Positions 19,178-29,403 of a stretch of DNA of 64,000 bases are shown here, in pieces. Source of the stretch: a virus; the IMG/VR virus record IMGVR_UViG_3300025652_000047, positions 1-64,000 of that record; one strand, given 5' to 3'. The notes under the pieces were generated by a model. That model made no database searches and was not told the DNA's origin. It saw nothing but the letters and a program-made list of their open reading frames with translations. Position 1 is the first letter of the stretch. Each line of letters starts with the position of its first letter. Both the position numbers and the translations under genes were made by a program.

Positions 19178-19858
19178 TTAATAATTAATAATTGCATCTA
19201 AAATAAGGTTGTAGTCATTTGGTATAATTCCTTCTAACATTCCTTGATTACTTCTAGCGGTATTGCTACCATTGTTTTGAGTCTCTAATAAGAACTCTGG
19301 TTCTCCTGTAGCATCATTCTTACTTACTACAGAGTATAATACATGTTCAAGATTACCTTCTATTTGCATCTTGTTAGCTAGTTTACCTAAAGTCTTTAAT
19401 CGTACTCTAGTTTCATGTCCTGATTTATAAGTTTCTGTATGCCCACATATAAATGCTACTTTCTCATCCTCAAACATATCTGCTGCTATTCCTGCATTTA
19501 TATGTTCTATAATATCAGAGTATGCTGCAGGTAATTGGTGTAAAGTTGTAGTAGGGTTAAATTTCTTACCATATTCTGCTCTACCTCCTAACCAAGTAGG
19601 ATTCTTCTTGTCTGCATTATACCATATATTAGTTCCAGATTCTAATGTTCTCATACCTGAACTTTTACCAGTGCCAGGTTCTCCAAGTATTAGTACTATT
19701 TCAAATCCTAAATCAGTAAGTTGATTTACAAAGTGAGATATAGTTATACCATAATCAAACCACTGATCATGTCCAGGCTTCTTCTTATCAGCTACATACT
19801 GTCGTTCTTGTATAGCTGTTAAAGTATCTATACATATACTTTTAATCTTCTTTGCCAT
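19178..19858 (-). CDS. AAA_24/Sak4-like ATPase with rearranged motif order
   Basis: Walker A GEPGTGKS, Walker B-like SICIDT at the N-terminus, KTLGK...IEG, TARS..GM, IPND. Confidence 0.8.
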   Translation of the reverse strand: MAKKIKSICIDTLTAIQERQYVADKKKPGHDQWFDYGITISHFVNQLTDLGFEIVLILGEPGTGKSSGMRTLESGTNIWYNADKKNPTWLGGRAEYGKKFNPTTTLHQLPAAYSDIIEHINAGIAADMFEDEKVAFICGHTETYKSGHETRVRLKTLGKLANKMQIEGNLEHVLYSVVSKNDATGEPEFLLETQNNGSNTARSNQGMLEGIIPNDYNLILDAIINY

Positions 19859-19874
19859 TCTTTAATTTTAATTG

Positions 19875-20918
19875 TTAAATAAATTTGTATTTTTCTTTGT
19901 CTTCATCTGTTAACTCTGTAAAAAAGTTACTAGCTCCATTAAATTTAAACAGTATTGATTGATTAGAGTTACCATATCTATTTTTAAGTATATTCACTGA
20001 TCTTAGAGAATCAACTCCATTATCATATGCCCACTTTTTCAAGTTAATATTCCTAAAATTATTTTTAGCAACTATGTTATCATGTCTAAATGGATCAAAT
20101 ACTCCCATTACAATCATTGCATCATTCTTAGTAGATTTTGCATCTGCTAGGTTATTAAGTCTAGGCTCTAATGCATTTGCTTTTGCATGAGCTATATCTT
20201 CCCCTACATTTGCTTGTTGTTGTACTTTTATTGATGTATAATTGAATTTCTTAGTAAACATTTTTCTAGAATAATCTGTACTATACTTTAATATAGTTTG
20301 CATTTGAGAATTTCCTTTCTCTGTATTCAATAGACTCATGTGATCACATACTACTATTACATGTTCATCTGGATTATCAGGAACATAATGGTCATAGTAT
20401 TCTTCGCCTTCTTTGACTACTTTTACATGCTTACCTCTAATACCTGCAAAATTATAAACATGCTTCATTATTCCAGTAGGATTGTAAATATAGTCTATTA
20501 TTTCAATATACTCAAGGTATTGTTTAAGTGTTTCTTCACTTTTTCTTACTATCTCAAAATTTACTATTTTATCACTAATTCCTTGAAGGTCTAAGACAGA
20601 GTATGTTACTCCTGAATCTCTTAATATTAAATAAGATAGTAAGGAATCTGTAAACTCTTCTAGTGACTCTTCTAAGGCATAGTATAGTATCTTTAAATCT
20701 ACACCATTCTTTATAGCGTATTCTATAGGATTAATTACTCCTATAGTTTTAGTAAATTGAGTTTTACCAACTCCAGTAGCTGCAGTAAGTATATAAGGTG
20801 TACCCTTAATTACTCCTGGAACCATTGAAGCTAGTTTAGGATAAACAAAAGGAACATAATTTCTTATTCCTTGTGCTTTCTTAATGTGTACTTCTTCTAA
20901 TTCTTTAATTCTTTCCAT
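19875..20918 (-). CDS. dnaB: Replicative SF4 helicase
   Basis: AATGVGKT, YALEES, VVCDH, QQ, ILKNRYG. Confidence 0.85.
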   Translation of the reverse strand: MERIKELEEVHIKKAQGIRNYVPFVYPKLASMVPGVIKGTPYILTAATGVGKTQFTKTIGVINPIEYAIKNGVDLKILYYALEESLEEFTDSLLSYLILRDSGVTYSVLDLQGISDKIVNFEIVRKSEETLKQYLEYIEIIDYIYNPTGIMKHVYNFAGIRGKHVKVVKEGEEYYDHYVPDNPDEHVIVVCDHMSLLNTEKGNSQMQTILKYSTDYSRKMFTKKFNYTSIKVQQQANVGEDIAHAKANALEPRLNNLADAKSTKNDAMIVMGVFDPFRHDNIVAKNNFRNINLKKWAYDNGVDSLRSVNILKNRYGNSNQSILFKFNGASNFFTELTDEDKEKYKFI

Positions 20919-20956
20919 AATATATTATTTCTATACTTTCCTTCCGAGAGAGATAG

Positions 20957-21460
20957 TTACAATGTATTATTAGTTAAATTAGTTTCTAAGTCGCCAAAGT
21001 CGGCTTCTTCTAAGGTAGCTCCTAATGCGGAGTCCCCATTCTTTTCAATAAAATAGTGAGCTTTCATGATATATCTAGCATCTGTATTTTCGATATACCA
21101 ATTAGTAGCTGCTAGTATTTGCTGAGGAGTATAGCTGTTTTGTTTTAAGAATTTCTTCATTTTCTTAATTACACCTGATCTATCTCCCATTGCTCCAGGC
21201 TTAATGCCCCTAAATAAGCTCCTATAATCATTTATCCAATCTAAATTAGGTTCTTGAAAAAGATCCACATTTAGGTAATATTTGTTAGTTTCATAGTTTT
21301 TATTTATAACATTAGCATGATCTAATTTTACAATTACTATAGTAGGAATAAACTTTGTAATATCTAATTCAAAGTAAATCCCTACTAAGCAACTATAACC
21401 TACATCTACGTCAATCTCATATTCTAAAAACTTAACTTTTAAGTCTTTATTCAATGTCAT
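20957..21460 (-). CDS. Putative replication initiator/helicase loader (crAss-like)
   Basis: YR.LF....G.R.....K..KF.....IL.AT..Y....YI.KAHYFI.K; directly upstream of dnaB. Confidence 0.5.
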   Translation of the reverse strand: MTLNKDLKVKFLEYEIDVDVGYSCLVGIYFELDITKFIPTIVIVKLDHANVINKNYETNKYYLNVDLFQEPNLDWINDYRSLFRGIKPGAMGDRSGVIKKMKKFLKQNSYTPQQILAATNWYIENTDARYIMKAHYFIEKNGDSALGATLEEADFGDLETNLTNNTL

Positions 21461-21866
21461 CTAAATTATATTTTTTAAGTATTTGTGGTATATATGGGTA
21501 GTTTGTCTTTATTGTTCTGCTAAAATTATTAAATTGTATAAGGTCTGATATAAAGAAACTAGTTTGTAAGTTTGGTGAGAGTACACGATAGCAAGTTATA
21601 TTCTTTACTACTTCACATATTTGAAAATGATACCCTTTAGTCGTTAATATTTCAGCTTTAAACCTATCTTTGTTATAGCTAGGTATATGAGAACATAGTA
21701 TAGCATATATAGCATCAATAGACCTGTATGTCCCAGAAGTAACATGTATTTTAGTACATTTTAAATCTTTAAAAGAAGGCTTAGCTGTTTGTCCAGAATT
21801 TGTCCCATATAAATGGGCTAATAATGATTGTAAGTTTGTAATATTAGCATCTACGAATTGATCCAT
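21447..21866 (-). CDS. Hypothetical protein, paralog of 8324..8719
   Basis: KCT..H...GTYRSIDA motif. Confidence 0.65.
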   Translation of the reverse strand: MDQFVDANITNLQSLLAHLYGTNSGQTAKPSFKDLKCTKIHVTSGTYRSIDAIYAILCSHIPSYNKDRFKAEILTTKGYHFQICEVVKNITCYRVLSPNLQTSFFISDLIQFNNFSRTIKTNYPYIPQILKKYNLDDIE

Positions 21867-22939
21867 GTTATTTTATTTTGATTAAATAATTTAAGAGCGT
21901 TTTTTGTCCAAACAATATCTTGAGTATCTTTATATGTACATACATGTATTTCTGCTGTCGTACCTTCTGGATCTAAATTCATTGTTCTTAATATCTTCTG
22001 TATAGCATCTTCTTGTGAACTAGTTAAGTGGTGTATTACTGCCTTTTTTAAAGTAGGATCAGTAAACCCTCTACTTAAGTATTTACATACTGCAATATTA
22101 TTTAAATCTCCAGATAAAAACTTATCTAAAACATCTTTAGACTTGCTATGGTATCCATTACCTAAATAATCTGCTCTATCTGTTCTTGATGTAAATACTA
22201 TACATCTATCTAATGAATCTACAATATCTTTAGCTTTTTTAAGCTTAGAGAAATACCTACTTATATATTGAGACCTCATTAACCCTATTTGCATACGCTT
22301 TTGGATTAAAGTTCTTCTATTATAAAGAGATCTTGGGTTATCATAAGTATCTTTCAGTTGTCCATTAATCTCTAATAACTTACCTGTCCAAAAATTGTAA
22401 CTTTTTAACTCCGTAGTCTTCCATTTACCTACGTCTACATACTCTTCAGTTTCATTTAACTCTACTTGATGTATATAAATATGATAATCAGCAATTACAT
22501 TCTCATCTATGGCTTGTTGTATAGAATATTCATATACTATATCCATTTTAAGGTCCTGTAAGAGCCGATCTTTCATTTTATCTCCTAGACTACCAGTACA
22601 TCCATAAAGGATATTCTTATAAGGCTTTAAGTGCTTTACATTAGCAGGAGATAGAGTATCTATTTCATCTATAAGTATAGCATCATAGCTATCATCTTTA
22701 ATCTTTTTAATACTTGATTTATTAATAATCTTATAAGTACCATTGAACTTCCATTTTTCAATCTCATTTATCCAACCTATTTTTAAATCATTATTAGGAA
22801 TAACAATAAGTATATGCAATCCTTGCAATGTCTCTAAACATACTTTAGTTTTTCCAAATCTAGGGGATGCTAATAATATTCCTCCATTTTTAAATGCTTG
22901 TACAGCCTCTGCCTGTCTGGATTCTCTTGTATATTTCAT
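21851..22939 (-). CDS. SF2 DNA helicase
   Basis: Q-motif RQ.EA, SPRFGKT, IDEID, TGS, Q..LR.. Confidence 0.85.
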   Translation of the reverse strand: MKYTRESRQAEAVQAFKNGGILLASPRFGKTKVCLETLQGLHILIVIPNNDLKIGWINEIEKWKFNGTYKIINKSSIKKIKDDSYDAILIDEIDTLSPANVKHLKPYKNILYGCTGSLGDKMKDRLLQDLKMDIVYEYSIQQAIDENVIADYHIYIHQVELNETEEYVDVGKWKTTELKSYNFWTGKLLEINGQLKDTYDNPRSLYNRRTLIQKRMQIGLMRSQYISRYFSKLKKAKDIVDSLDRCIVFTSRTDRADYLGNGYHSKSKDVLDKFLSGDLNNIAVCKYLSRGFTDPTLKKAVIHHLTSSQEDAIQKILRTMNLDPEGTTAEIHVCTYKDTQDIVWTKNALKLFNQNKITWINS

Positions 22940-22948
22940 AAGATATTT

Positions 22949-23584
22949 TTAAAGGTCGTTGTTTAATAATTTGTGAGAATATGCAGTTACTATACTCTTG
23001 AATCTTTCTGGTGCTCCTTCATGTTCAGGATGCCCTTGCACTGCTAACATATGAGTTTCTGGATAGTATACTATTTCTGGTTCAATTTCTGGCTTTTCAA
23101 ATCCATGAGGTAGTCCTTCGTATACTTTAGTTAACTCAGATGCAAAAGCTAATATCTTGTACTGATGTTTCTTTAAGTTAAAAGGATACATCATTTGATG
23201 GTGAGTACTAGTTACATCATAAGTTTCTTTAAAATGAGTATCTGTTACAGGATGGATATAAGATTGTCCTCTTACATTTTGAATTAACTTACCACCTGAA
23301 TATACTGTAGCAAGCTGTGCTCCTCTACAAATACCTAATATAGGTAACTGTAAAACTATAGCTTTAGCTATTTCTTCACATTCATTGATATCTCTAGTAG
23401 GGTTATAACTAGTAGTTGGGTGTTTAGTTTCATTATATAGTGCTGGCATTACATCTGCTCCACCTGTTAATATAACTATATCTGCTTTTTCTAAAGTATC
23501 TACTACAATTGAATTTTGGATTGCATTTTTATATGTAGACTCTCCACCTATAATATATACATTAATATTGTTATTTTTACTCAT
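22949..23584 (-). CDS. Second peptidase C26 / class I GATase
   Basis: LTGGADV.P.LY, GICRGAQ, STHHQMM, QGHPE. Confidence 0.88.
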   Translation of the reverse strand: MSKNNNINVYIIGGESTYKNAIQNSIVVDTLEKADIVILTGGADVMPALYNETKHPTTSYNPTRDINECEEIAKAIVLQLPILGICRGAQLATVYSGGKLIQNVRGQSYIHPVTDTHFKETYDVTSTHHQMMYPFNLKKHQYKILAFASELTKVYEGLPHGFEKPEIEPEIVYYPETHMLAVQGHPEHEGAPERFKSIVTAYSHKLLNNDL

Positions 23585-23594
23585 TTTTTTATAT

Positions 23595-25820
23595 TTAGTG
23601 TTCCCAAATCTTCGAGATTTCTCCTGAAGTTTTAAATTTAACAGTAGGACAGAAAAATTCTGCTGCTTCTACCATATATTCTCCTTGTAATTTAGATACT
23701 TCATCTTTATTACTTTCATCTGTTTGACTACAGATTTCATCATGCAATAATAAACATAATTTCCAATTTAATTCTGGATGATTTACATAATGGCGTCTAC
23801 ATCTAATCTGTGCATACTTACTCTGTTTAGCTGATGTACCTTGTATTTTAAGATTACATCCTCTATTGCCAAGTCTTGATTTAAATATACCTATATCAGT
23901 ATAGTTCTCTTTAATATGTGGCTTATCTTTGTATAAGTTTCTTTTGTATTTTTCTCGTTGATCTTGAGATTTATTCTTATACTCATCTGTAAAGAAGAAA
24001 CTGCTATTATATCTTTCCTTTTTCTTAATGTCTTCATACCCATCTTGGATATAAATAGCTTGTAATTTAGGTTCAAAAAGTACATATCCCTTAGCTAAAG
24101 CTTCAGACATAGAATCTTTAATAAATGATTCTAACTCAGGAAATGCTGAGAAATAATCAGTTACTAAATGCTCTGCTTCCTCTTGGGAGATACCTAATTG
24201 CTTAGATAATGATATAGCTGTTATGCCATATGCTAAACCAAAATTAATAGATTTAGTATTCTGTCTTGTACCTTTCATCCATTTTTCATAATCAGGATGA
24301 CTATCAGGATATATCTTAAAATTGATATCACTAACTTCACCTACTAATTGAGCAGTATAACTATGAAAATCAGATCCAAATAACTCATGACCATTATTAA
24401 AGAAATCTAATAAGGATGGATCTTGAGATAATCCTGCAATAACATGACTTTCTTGACTCGAATAATCATTTACTACTAAATATTCATCTCCAGCATGAAA
24501 TGCATCTCTATGTGTACTAGGTACAGCTAATAAATTAGGTTTAGTAGTTGCTGTTCTACTACTTATCAAATGCTGTCTGTAATTAGGATGTAACCTCTTA
24601 GTAATAGGATGTACATACTTTAAAAAATCAACACCATAGGTAGTTATATTCATTTGTGACTTCCTAACTAGTAAGTAAGCCATTTTAAGGCTATCTAAGC
24701 ATTGGATCTCTATGTCTGTATCTGTAAGGTAATTCTTTTTAAATGGAGAACTTGATAGTACTGCTTTAGCACCTACAGACCATTCCATTCGTTTAGTTTG
24801 CTTACTCTTCTCTTTATCACATATTCCTAAGTCTCTAAACAAAGCTATTACTTGCTTAGGACTACTCCAATCTATAATACAATCACCATCTGGATTAAAT
24901 AAAGATAGCTGACCATAGTTAGGAAAGTTATTAACTACATACTTGTTTAGAATATCTAACCTATCATAATAGATAGTTTTGTTCTTTTTAGCTAATTCTT
25001 CCCATACTTGTATATTAAATGGCATTCCATTTAACTCCATGTCTGCAACTACTTGTGTATATTCAGATTCAAATCTGATATTATCTTTATTACAAAAATG
25101 AAATCCAAGTAGATCATGCCCTTCTAATTGCTTGGCTTTTACTTCTAAAGGAATTGTAACATCTTCAGCTCCATATTTAATCTGCTCATAAGTAAATGGC
25201 TTATCTTCTATTTTAAGAAAACCTAACCTAATAGATTTGTCTATGAAATTAATATCTTCTAACTCAAATTGAGATATAGAATCATTAATATCATGTTTTG
25301 ATATCTGATTAGTATTAATTACTTTTAACTGATTAAATAGATCAAAAGAATCTTGTGATTTATAATTAAGATACTTTTTACTCATAGCTTCTAAACTAAG
25401 ACCTATATTAAGTCCGTTATACAAGCTTATCTCAGCAAGCATAGTATCATATACTTTACGCATACTAATGCCATAGTTATGCTTAAAATGCTTACCCTCA
25501 AACTTAAGATTTTGACCTACTAAAAGTAAATCATGATTCCAATTTATAAGATCTAATAAAGGTTTTAATGCAATTGCATCATAATCTCTAGTATCTATTA
25601 TAAATTGCTCATCTAAATCTCCTATCTGTAACATAACTATCTCTGTAAGATAAGGATCTAATCCTCCTCTATAGATAGTTTCATCAAATGTTCCAGGTTC
25701 AAATTTAGGAGTAGTTTCTATATCTATTCCTAACTCTGGCTTACCTCTACAATATTCTATGCAGTCTTCCAGAGTACAGTTATTTATTCCTTCGACTTTA
25801 TAATTTGCTATTAATCTCAT
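23595..25820 (-). CDS. polA: DNA polymerase family A with 3'-5' exonuclease
   Basis: Exo GIDIETT/GQNLKFE/YGAED; motif A DYSSQE, motif B RQNTKSINFGLAYG, motif C LHDE. Confidence 0.93.
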   Translation of the reverse strand: MRLIANYKVEGINNCTLEDCIEYCRGKPELGIDIETTPKFEPGTFDETIYRGGLDPYLTEIVMLQIGDLDEQFIIDTRDYDAIALKPLLDLINWNHDLLLVGQNLKFEGKHFKHNYGISMRKVYDTMLAEISLYNGLNIGLSLEAMSKKYLNYKSQDSFDLFNQLKVINTNQISKHDINDSISQFELEDINFIDKSIRLGFLKIEDKPFTYEQIKYGAEDVTIPLEVKAKQLEGHDLLGFHFCNKDNIRFESEYTQVVADMELNGMPFNIQVWEELAKKNKTIYYDRLDILNKYVVNNFPNYGQLSLFNPDGDCIIDWSSPKQVIALFRDLGICDKEKSKQTKRMEWSVGAKAVLSSSPFKKNYLTDTDIEIQCLDSLKMAYLLVRKSQMNITTYGVDFLKYVHPITKRLHPNYRQHLISSRTATTKPNLLAVPSTHRDAFHAGDEYLVVNDYSSQESHVIAGLSQDPSLLDFFNNGHELFGSDFHSYTAQLVGEVSDINFKIYPDSHPDYEKWMKGTRQNTKSINFGLAYGITAISLSKQLGISQEEAEHLVTDYFSAFPELESFIKDSMSEALAKGYVLFEPKLQAIYIQDGYEDIKKKERYNSSFFFTDEYKNKSQDQREKYKRNLYKDKPHIKENYTDIGIFKSRLGNRGCNLKIQGTSAKQSKYAQIRCRRHYVNHPELNWKLCLLLHDEICSQTDESNKDEVSKLQGEYMVEAAEFFCPTVKFKTSGEISKIWEH

Positions 25821-25984
25821 AACCTAGTGCATTTATGAATATTACAGTATATAATAGAAGGAATTCTACCTTTATCTGTATTTACATCTATTTGTGCTTC
25901 TTGAGCACCTTCTATTGCAATTAAAATTCCAATTTCATTATACTCTTCACTCTTCACTTTGTCTCCTATTTTTAAATTATTCAT
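25817..25984 (-). CDS. Small SH3-like protein (55 aa, not in ORF track)
   Basis: Manual translation MNNLKIGDKVKSEEYNEIGILIAIEG...; stop overlaps polA start. Confidence 0.55.
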   Translation of the reverse strand: MNNLKIGDKVKSEEYNEIGILIAIEGAQEAQIDVNTDKGRIPSIIYCNIHKCTRL

Positions 25985-26011
25985 CTTTTTTTGTTTGGTA
26001 TCATTAGTAAA

Positions 26012-26045
26012 ATGGTGACACTACTTCTCCAAGTAATGTCACCAA
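26012..26045 (-). terminator. Hairpin terminator
   Basis: TGGTGACACTACTT / AAGTAATGTCACCA inverted repeat. Confidence 0.55.
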
Positions 26046-26050
26046 AATTA

Positions 26051-26467
26051 TTATACAGTCTGAACTTCTACAATCTCATGCCCTGCTCTTGAAAAAGCAG
26101 TATCAACTTCTACACTAAAACTTGGATCTTTTACATCTCCAAGCACTACAGTTTTGTAGGACTCTACTGTCCTTACTTCTCCCGTCTTATCAGTGAAGTT
26201 ATATGGTACTACTTTTCTTCTTACAATATCTCCTAAAAGAAAAGTACCTTCTTTTTCATCAAAACCTAAGTCGTTGATGCCATTATCCCACCTGTTTTCC
26301 CAAGCTACAATAGTTCCTGTTTGTGGTACACCTTTTGCAAATGCTATTGTTCCATCTGCATTTGTGAATTTACTAATTACATTCTTACGAACATTAATTA
26401 CTCTGTAGTTTTTTTGTGCCTTTTCTGATAATTTAGGCTCTGATACATTTGTGATTTCTAAATACAT
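26051..26467 (-). CDS. Putative OB-fold/ssDNA-binding protein
   Basis: G.IV.R.V.PY...G..R.V.SY..VV pattern; own terminator. Confidence 0.45.
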   Translation of the reverse strand: MYLEITNVSEPKLSEKAQKNYRVINVRKNVISKFTNADGTIAFAKGVPQTGTIVAWENRWDNGINDLGFDEKEGTFLLGDIVRRKVVPYNFTDKTGEVRTVESYKTVVLGDVKDPSFSVEVDTAFSRAGHEIVEVQTV

Positions 26468-26509
26468 ACTATTTTGTTTAAATGTTAATTAATATACCTA
26501 TATTAGGTA

Positions 26510-26770
26510 TTAAAATGATTTCAATGGTTTATTCTTATCAAAAGAAGCTTGAACTCCCTCTAATGCATATATTAATTCTCTCTCTGAGAATTTTCCACAC
26601 ACATTATATCTTAGGTTCTTAACCATATAAATATGTGTAATAATTACGTCTAGTTTAGCTAGTAGATCTTTTCTACTTCTAAATTTTGATTGTAACCTCA
26701 TTACAGATCTATCAAATTTTACTTTGTTACTTGCTGCACTCCATAACTCTTCTTTCGTTCTATTATTCAT
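26510..26770 (-). CDS. Hypothetical protein
   Basis: ORF track. Confidence 0.55.
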   Translation of the reverse strand: MNNRTKEELWSAASNKVKFDRSVMRLQSKFRSRKDLLAKLDVIITHIYMVKNLRYNVCGKFSERELIYALEGVQASFDKNKPLKSF

Positions 26771-26825
26771 CTGAATAATTTAAAATATAATACTTATATA
26801 CGTTTACTAGGTACGTATTGGAACC

Positions 26826-27221
26826 TTAATAACAATCTATCGCATTTGGCTTTATATACAATAGAAATGCCTCTCTAGGAGTAGATAAACCACTATCTAA
26901 AGAGGATAATACTTTGCTAATGATACTTTTACTAGTCCAAAATGGAGTTGTTCTATCATTAACGTATACAAATGCTACATTTACTGTAGTATCTGGATTT
27001 ATACCATCACTCAATAACAAATATGAGTAAATGTTCATACTATCATAAAAACAGTCTTCATGACCATCATCTATGAAACGAAACTCTAAAGTTCCTCTCT
27101 CTGTTAAATTATCATGTATGTTAACACACGACATTGGTGCATTTTGAGAATATGCAGCATTATAGAATCCAGCTATTAATATAACTGCAATTATTACGAA
27201 TAATGTTTTTAATTTTTTCAT
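26826..27221 (-). CDS. Secreted hypothetical protein
   Basis: Sec signal peptide ending AYS-Q. Confidence 0.6.
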   Translation of the reverse strand: MKKLKTLFVIIAVILIAGFYNAAYSQNAPMSCVNIHDNLTERGTLEFRFIDDGHEDCFYDSMNIYSYLLLSDGINPDTTVNVAFVYVNDRTTPFWTSKSIISKVLSSLDSGLSTPREAFLLYIKPNAIDCY

Positions 27222-27227
27222 TCTTTT

Positions 27228-27758
27228 TTAGTTTAATACAAATGTATATTGAAAAGTGTTATTGTTTGGATTAGTGTCCCCACCTGATCCCATTATAATA
27301 GTACCTAAAAATTGAGTAGTTTCATTTTGAACATATTCTATACATTCAAAAGAAATTTCTATTATAGAACTACCTATTATATCAGTATTACTTACTAGAT
27401 AGACTAAATTTCCTCCTACATAAGTGTAATCCCAATCTTCATTATTAGTAGGTAATATAAATCCACAAATATCTATTGTATTAGATACTTCAGGTATGCT
27501 AGCTTGTAATAAATCAGTATCAGGTAGTATAAGTAATACTGTTACAGGTCCACATACTTCATCGTCATTTATATTCTCAATAGAGAATATCATAGACCTT
27601 ACATCTCCTAGTCCACCAAAACTACCTCCATTATTACAAGATGCTACTGTATATTCTGTTATACATGGAGTTAATACTTGGTCTGTTGAAGGTATGCTAT
27701 CTGTAGAACATGATCCTATTGTTAATGCTGCAATTAGCATTATTGATAATTTTTTCAT
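27228..27758 (-). CDS. Lipoprotein with DUF11-like Ig domain
   Basis: Lipobox LTIGS-C; ENI.....GPVTV ... NEDW ... GSGGDTNPNNN. Confidence 0.65.
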   Translation of the reverse strand: MKKLSIMLIAALTIGSCSTDSIPSTDQVLTPCITEYTVASCNNGGSFGGLGDVRSMIFSIENINDDEVCGPVTVLLILPDTDLLQASIPEVSNTIDICGFILPTNNEDWDYTYVGGNLVYLVSNTDIIGSSIIEISFECIEYVQNETTQFLGTIIMGSGGDTNPNNNTFQYTFVLN

Positions 27759-28008
27759 TCTTTTAATTTGTAAAGTTTATAAATATATACAAGTGCAACT
27801 ATCGGCAATGTATATTCCATGATCATTGTTAATGTATCCCATTGTAATAGACTAATCCAGCCTATTACAATGAGCATTAATACAAATGATAGTAGTCCTA
27901 CTACCATTACTTTAAAACATTCCATATGTACTGTGTTTTTATATTCCTAGTATATTGTTGTAAGTGAAATAATCTTCTTTCCCTTGTATTCCTTCTCCTA
28001 TGGTAATG

Positions 28009-28212
28009 TTATTTTTCTAATAGGTTAAGTAAATAACCTATTAAACAGATCATAATTATTCCAAATGGGAAAAATATGACGTTGTTTACTAGGAAACTAG
28101 CATTACTAGATAGTAATTCAACTAGTCCTAATGCTACTATTAAGCAAAAGCCTAGTATTAATGCGATAGATATTGCTATAAATGCAGTCCGTACTGTTTT
28201 TCGTAAGATCAT
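28009..28212 (-). CDS. Small two-TM membrane protein
   Basis: Two hydrophobic helices. Confidence 0.55.
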   Translation of the reverse strand: MILRKTVRTAFIAISIALILGFCLIVALGLVELLSSNASFLVNNVIFFPFGIIMICLIGYLLNLLEK

Positions 28213-28334
28213 CTTATTTTATTTTAAGGTTATAAAAAATGAAAGCTACCCAGCTTTCTTTCAGAGTTAATTCTCTTGCGCTCTATTTGATAAAGATGTC
28301 CAGCGTGACACCTAAATATTAATTACCCCAATAA

Positions 28335-28532
28335 TTAATCTCTCTTTTGCTTAAAAATCCATACTAAATATACAACTACAGCAATTGGTAGTGTATATTG
28401 TAAACATAAGGTAAGTATATTACTACCTATAGTGCTTATGATTCCTAAAACAACAAATAATAGTATAAATGCTACTAAGCCTGCTATAACTACTCCTATG
28501 GCTCCTAAAAGCTCTTCAGTTTGTTTATTCAT
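28335..28532 (-). CDS. Small membrane protein
   Basis: Two hydrophobic helices. Confidence 0.6.
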   Translation of the reverse strand: MNKQTEELLGAIGVVIAGLVAFILLFVVLGIISTIGSNILTLCLQYTLPIAVVVYLVWIFKQKRD

Positions 28533-28545
28533 GATTAGTTATTTT

Positions 28546-28950
28546 TTACCAACAAAGATATTGTTCTAATATTACATATCCTACTAACATTGAGGCTGCA
28601 ATAGATAATATTACTGTTACACCTATTAATATTTTTTCAGCACGTGGAGATGTAAAAGACTCTAGGTAATTATCAGCTTTAGATACCCAATTTGGCATTT
28701 TAAAATTATATTTAAGGGTTACCCATGTCCACGCCTCGGTTATACCTATAACCAAACATACTAGTAATGGTGATGCAAATGAAATTAATAATATATATAA
28801 AATATCTATTATTAATTGTTCTCTTGTTATTATTTCACATTGTTCAGGAGCTAAAGTTACTGGTAAATAATGTAGTAACATATACATTACAATAAGTCCT
28901 ATTATACTTAAAATAGATCCTCCTATATAAAATTTTAATAATTCTTTCAT
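28546..28950 (-). CDS. Three-TM membrane protein
   Basis: Three hydrophobic segments. Confidence 0.6.
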   Translation of the reverse strand: MKELLKFYIGGSILSIIGLIVMYMLLHYLPVTLAPEQCEIITREQLIIDILYILLISFASPLLVCLVIGITEAWTWVTLKYNFKMPNWVSKADNYLESFTSPRAEKILIGVTVILSIAASMLVGYVILEQYLCW

Positions 28951-28955
28951 GATTG

Positions 28956-29276
28956 TTATATTTTAATGTTTTTAATAGTAGTCCTAACCTTCTCAGCTAG
29001 GCCATGTCTTTCATTATACTTGTTACCTCTATACTCAGGATATTGTTCTTGTACTTTTCTTCTATTTCTACTTATAGTAGTAGGTGAGTATAAATTAGTA
29101 CTACTAATAACTTTTAAAAGCTCCATAGCAGTCATGTTAGGTACATCATATCCTAATGTACCTAACTGACCATATAGTACGTTAGCTATAAGCCTAGCAT
29201 CGTTATCAGCTAAAGATTTATCCAAGCTTATCCAGTGTTTTATTATATCTGCAAGTTTTTGCTTGATTATAGCCAT
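28956..29276 (-). CDS. Conserved Bacteroidota-phage protein
   Basis: L.D.D..L ... TI.R.RRK.QE.YPE.RG. Confidence 0.65.
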   Translation of the reverse strand: MAIIKQKLADIIKHWISLDKSLADNDARLIANVLYGQLGTLGYDVPNMTAMELLKVISSTNLYSPTTISRNRRKVQEQYPEYRGNKYNERHGLAEKVRTTIKNIKI

Positions 29277-29403
29277 TGTTAGTTATTTTAAGTGACAGGA
29301 TATCCTAGTATAATAAGAGCTATACCAGTTACTGCTAATCCTAGTAAAGTAAAAGCAGTTGCAATACTTAAACCTATTGCAGTGTGTTTAAAGATTGATT
29401 TTA

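Noticed and set aside
2576-28270. Plus-strand ORFs in the left half (2576, 5047, 8570, 12303, 16620, 20340, 22743, 26193, 27496, 28076)
   Set aside because: Antisense shadows of well-supported minus-strand genes, with no recognisable motifs.
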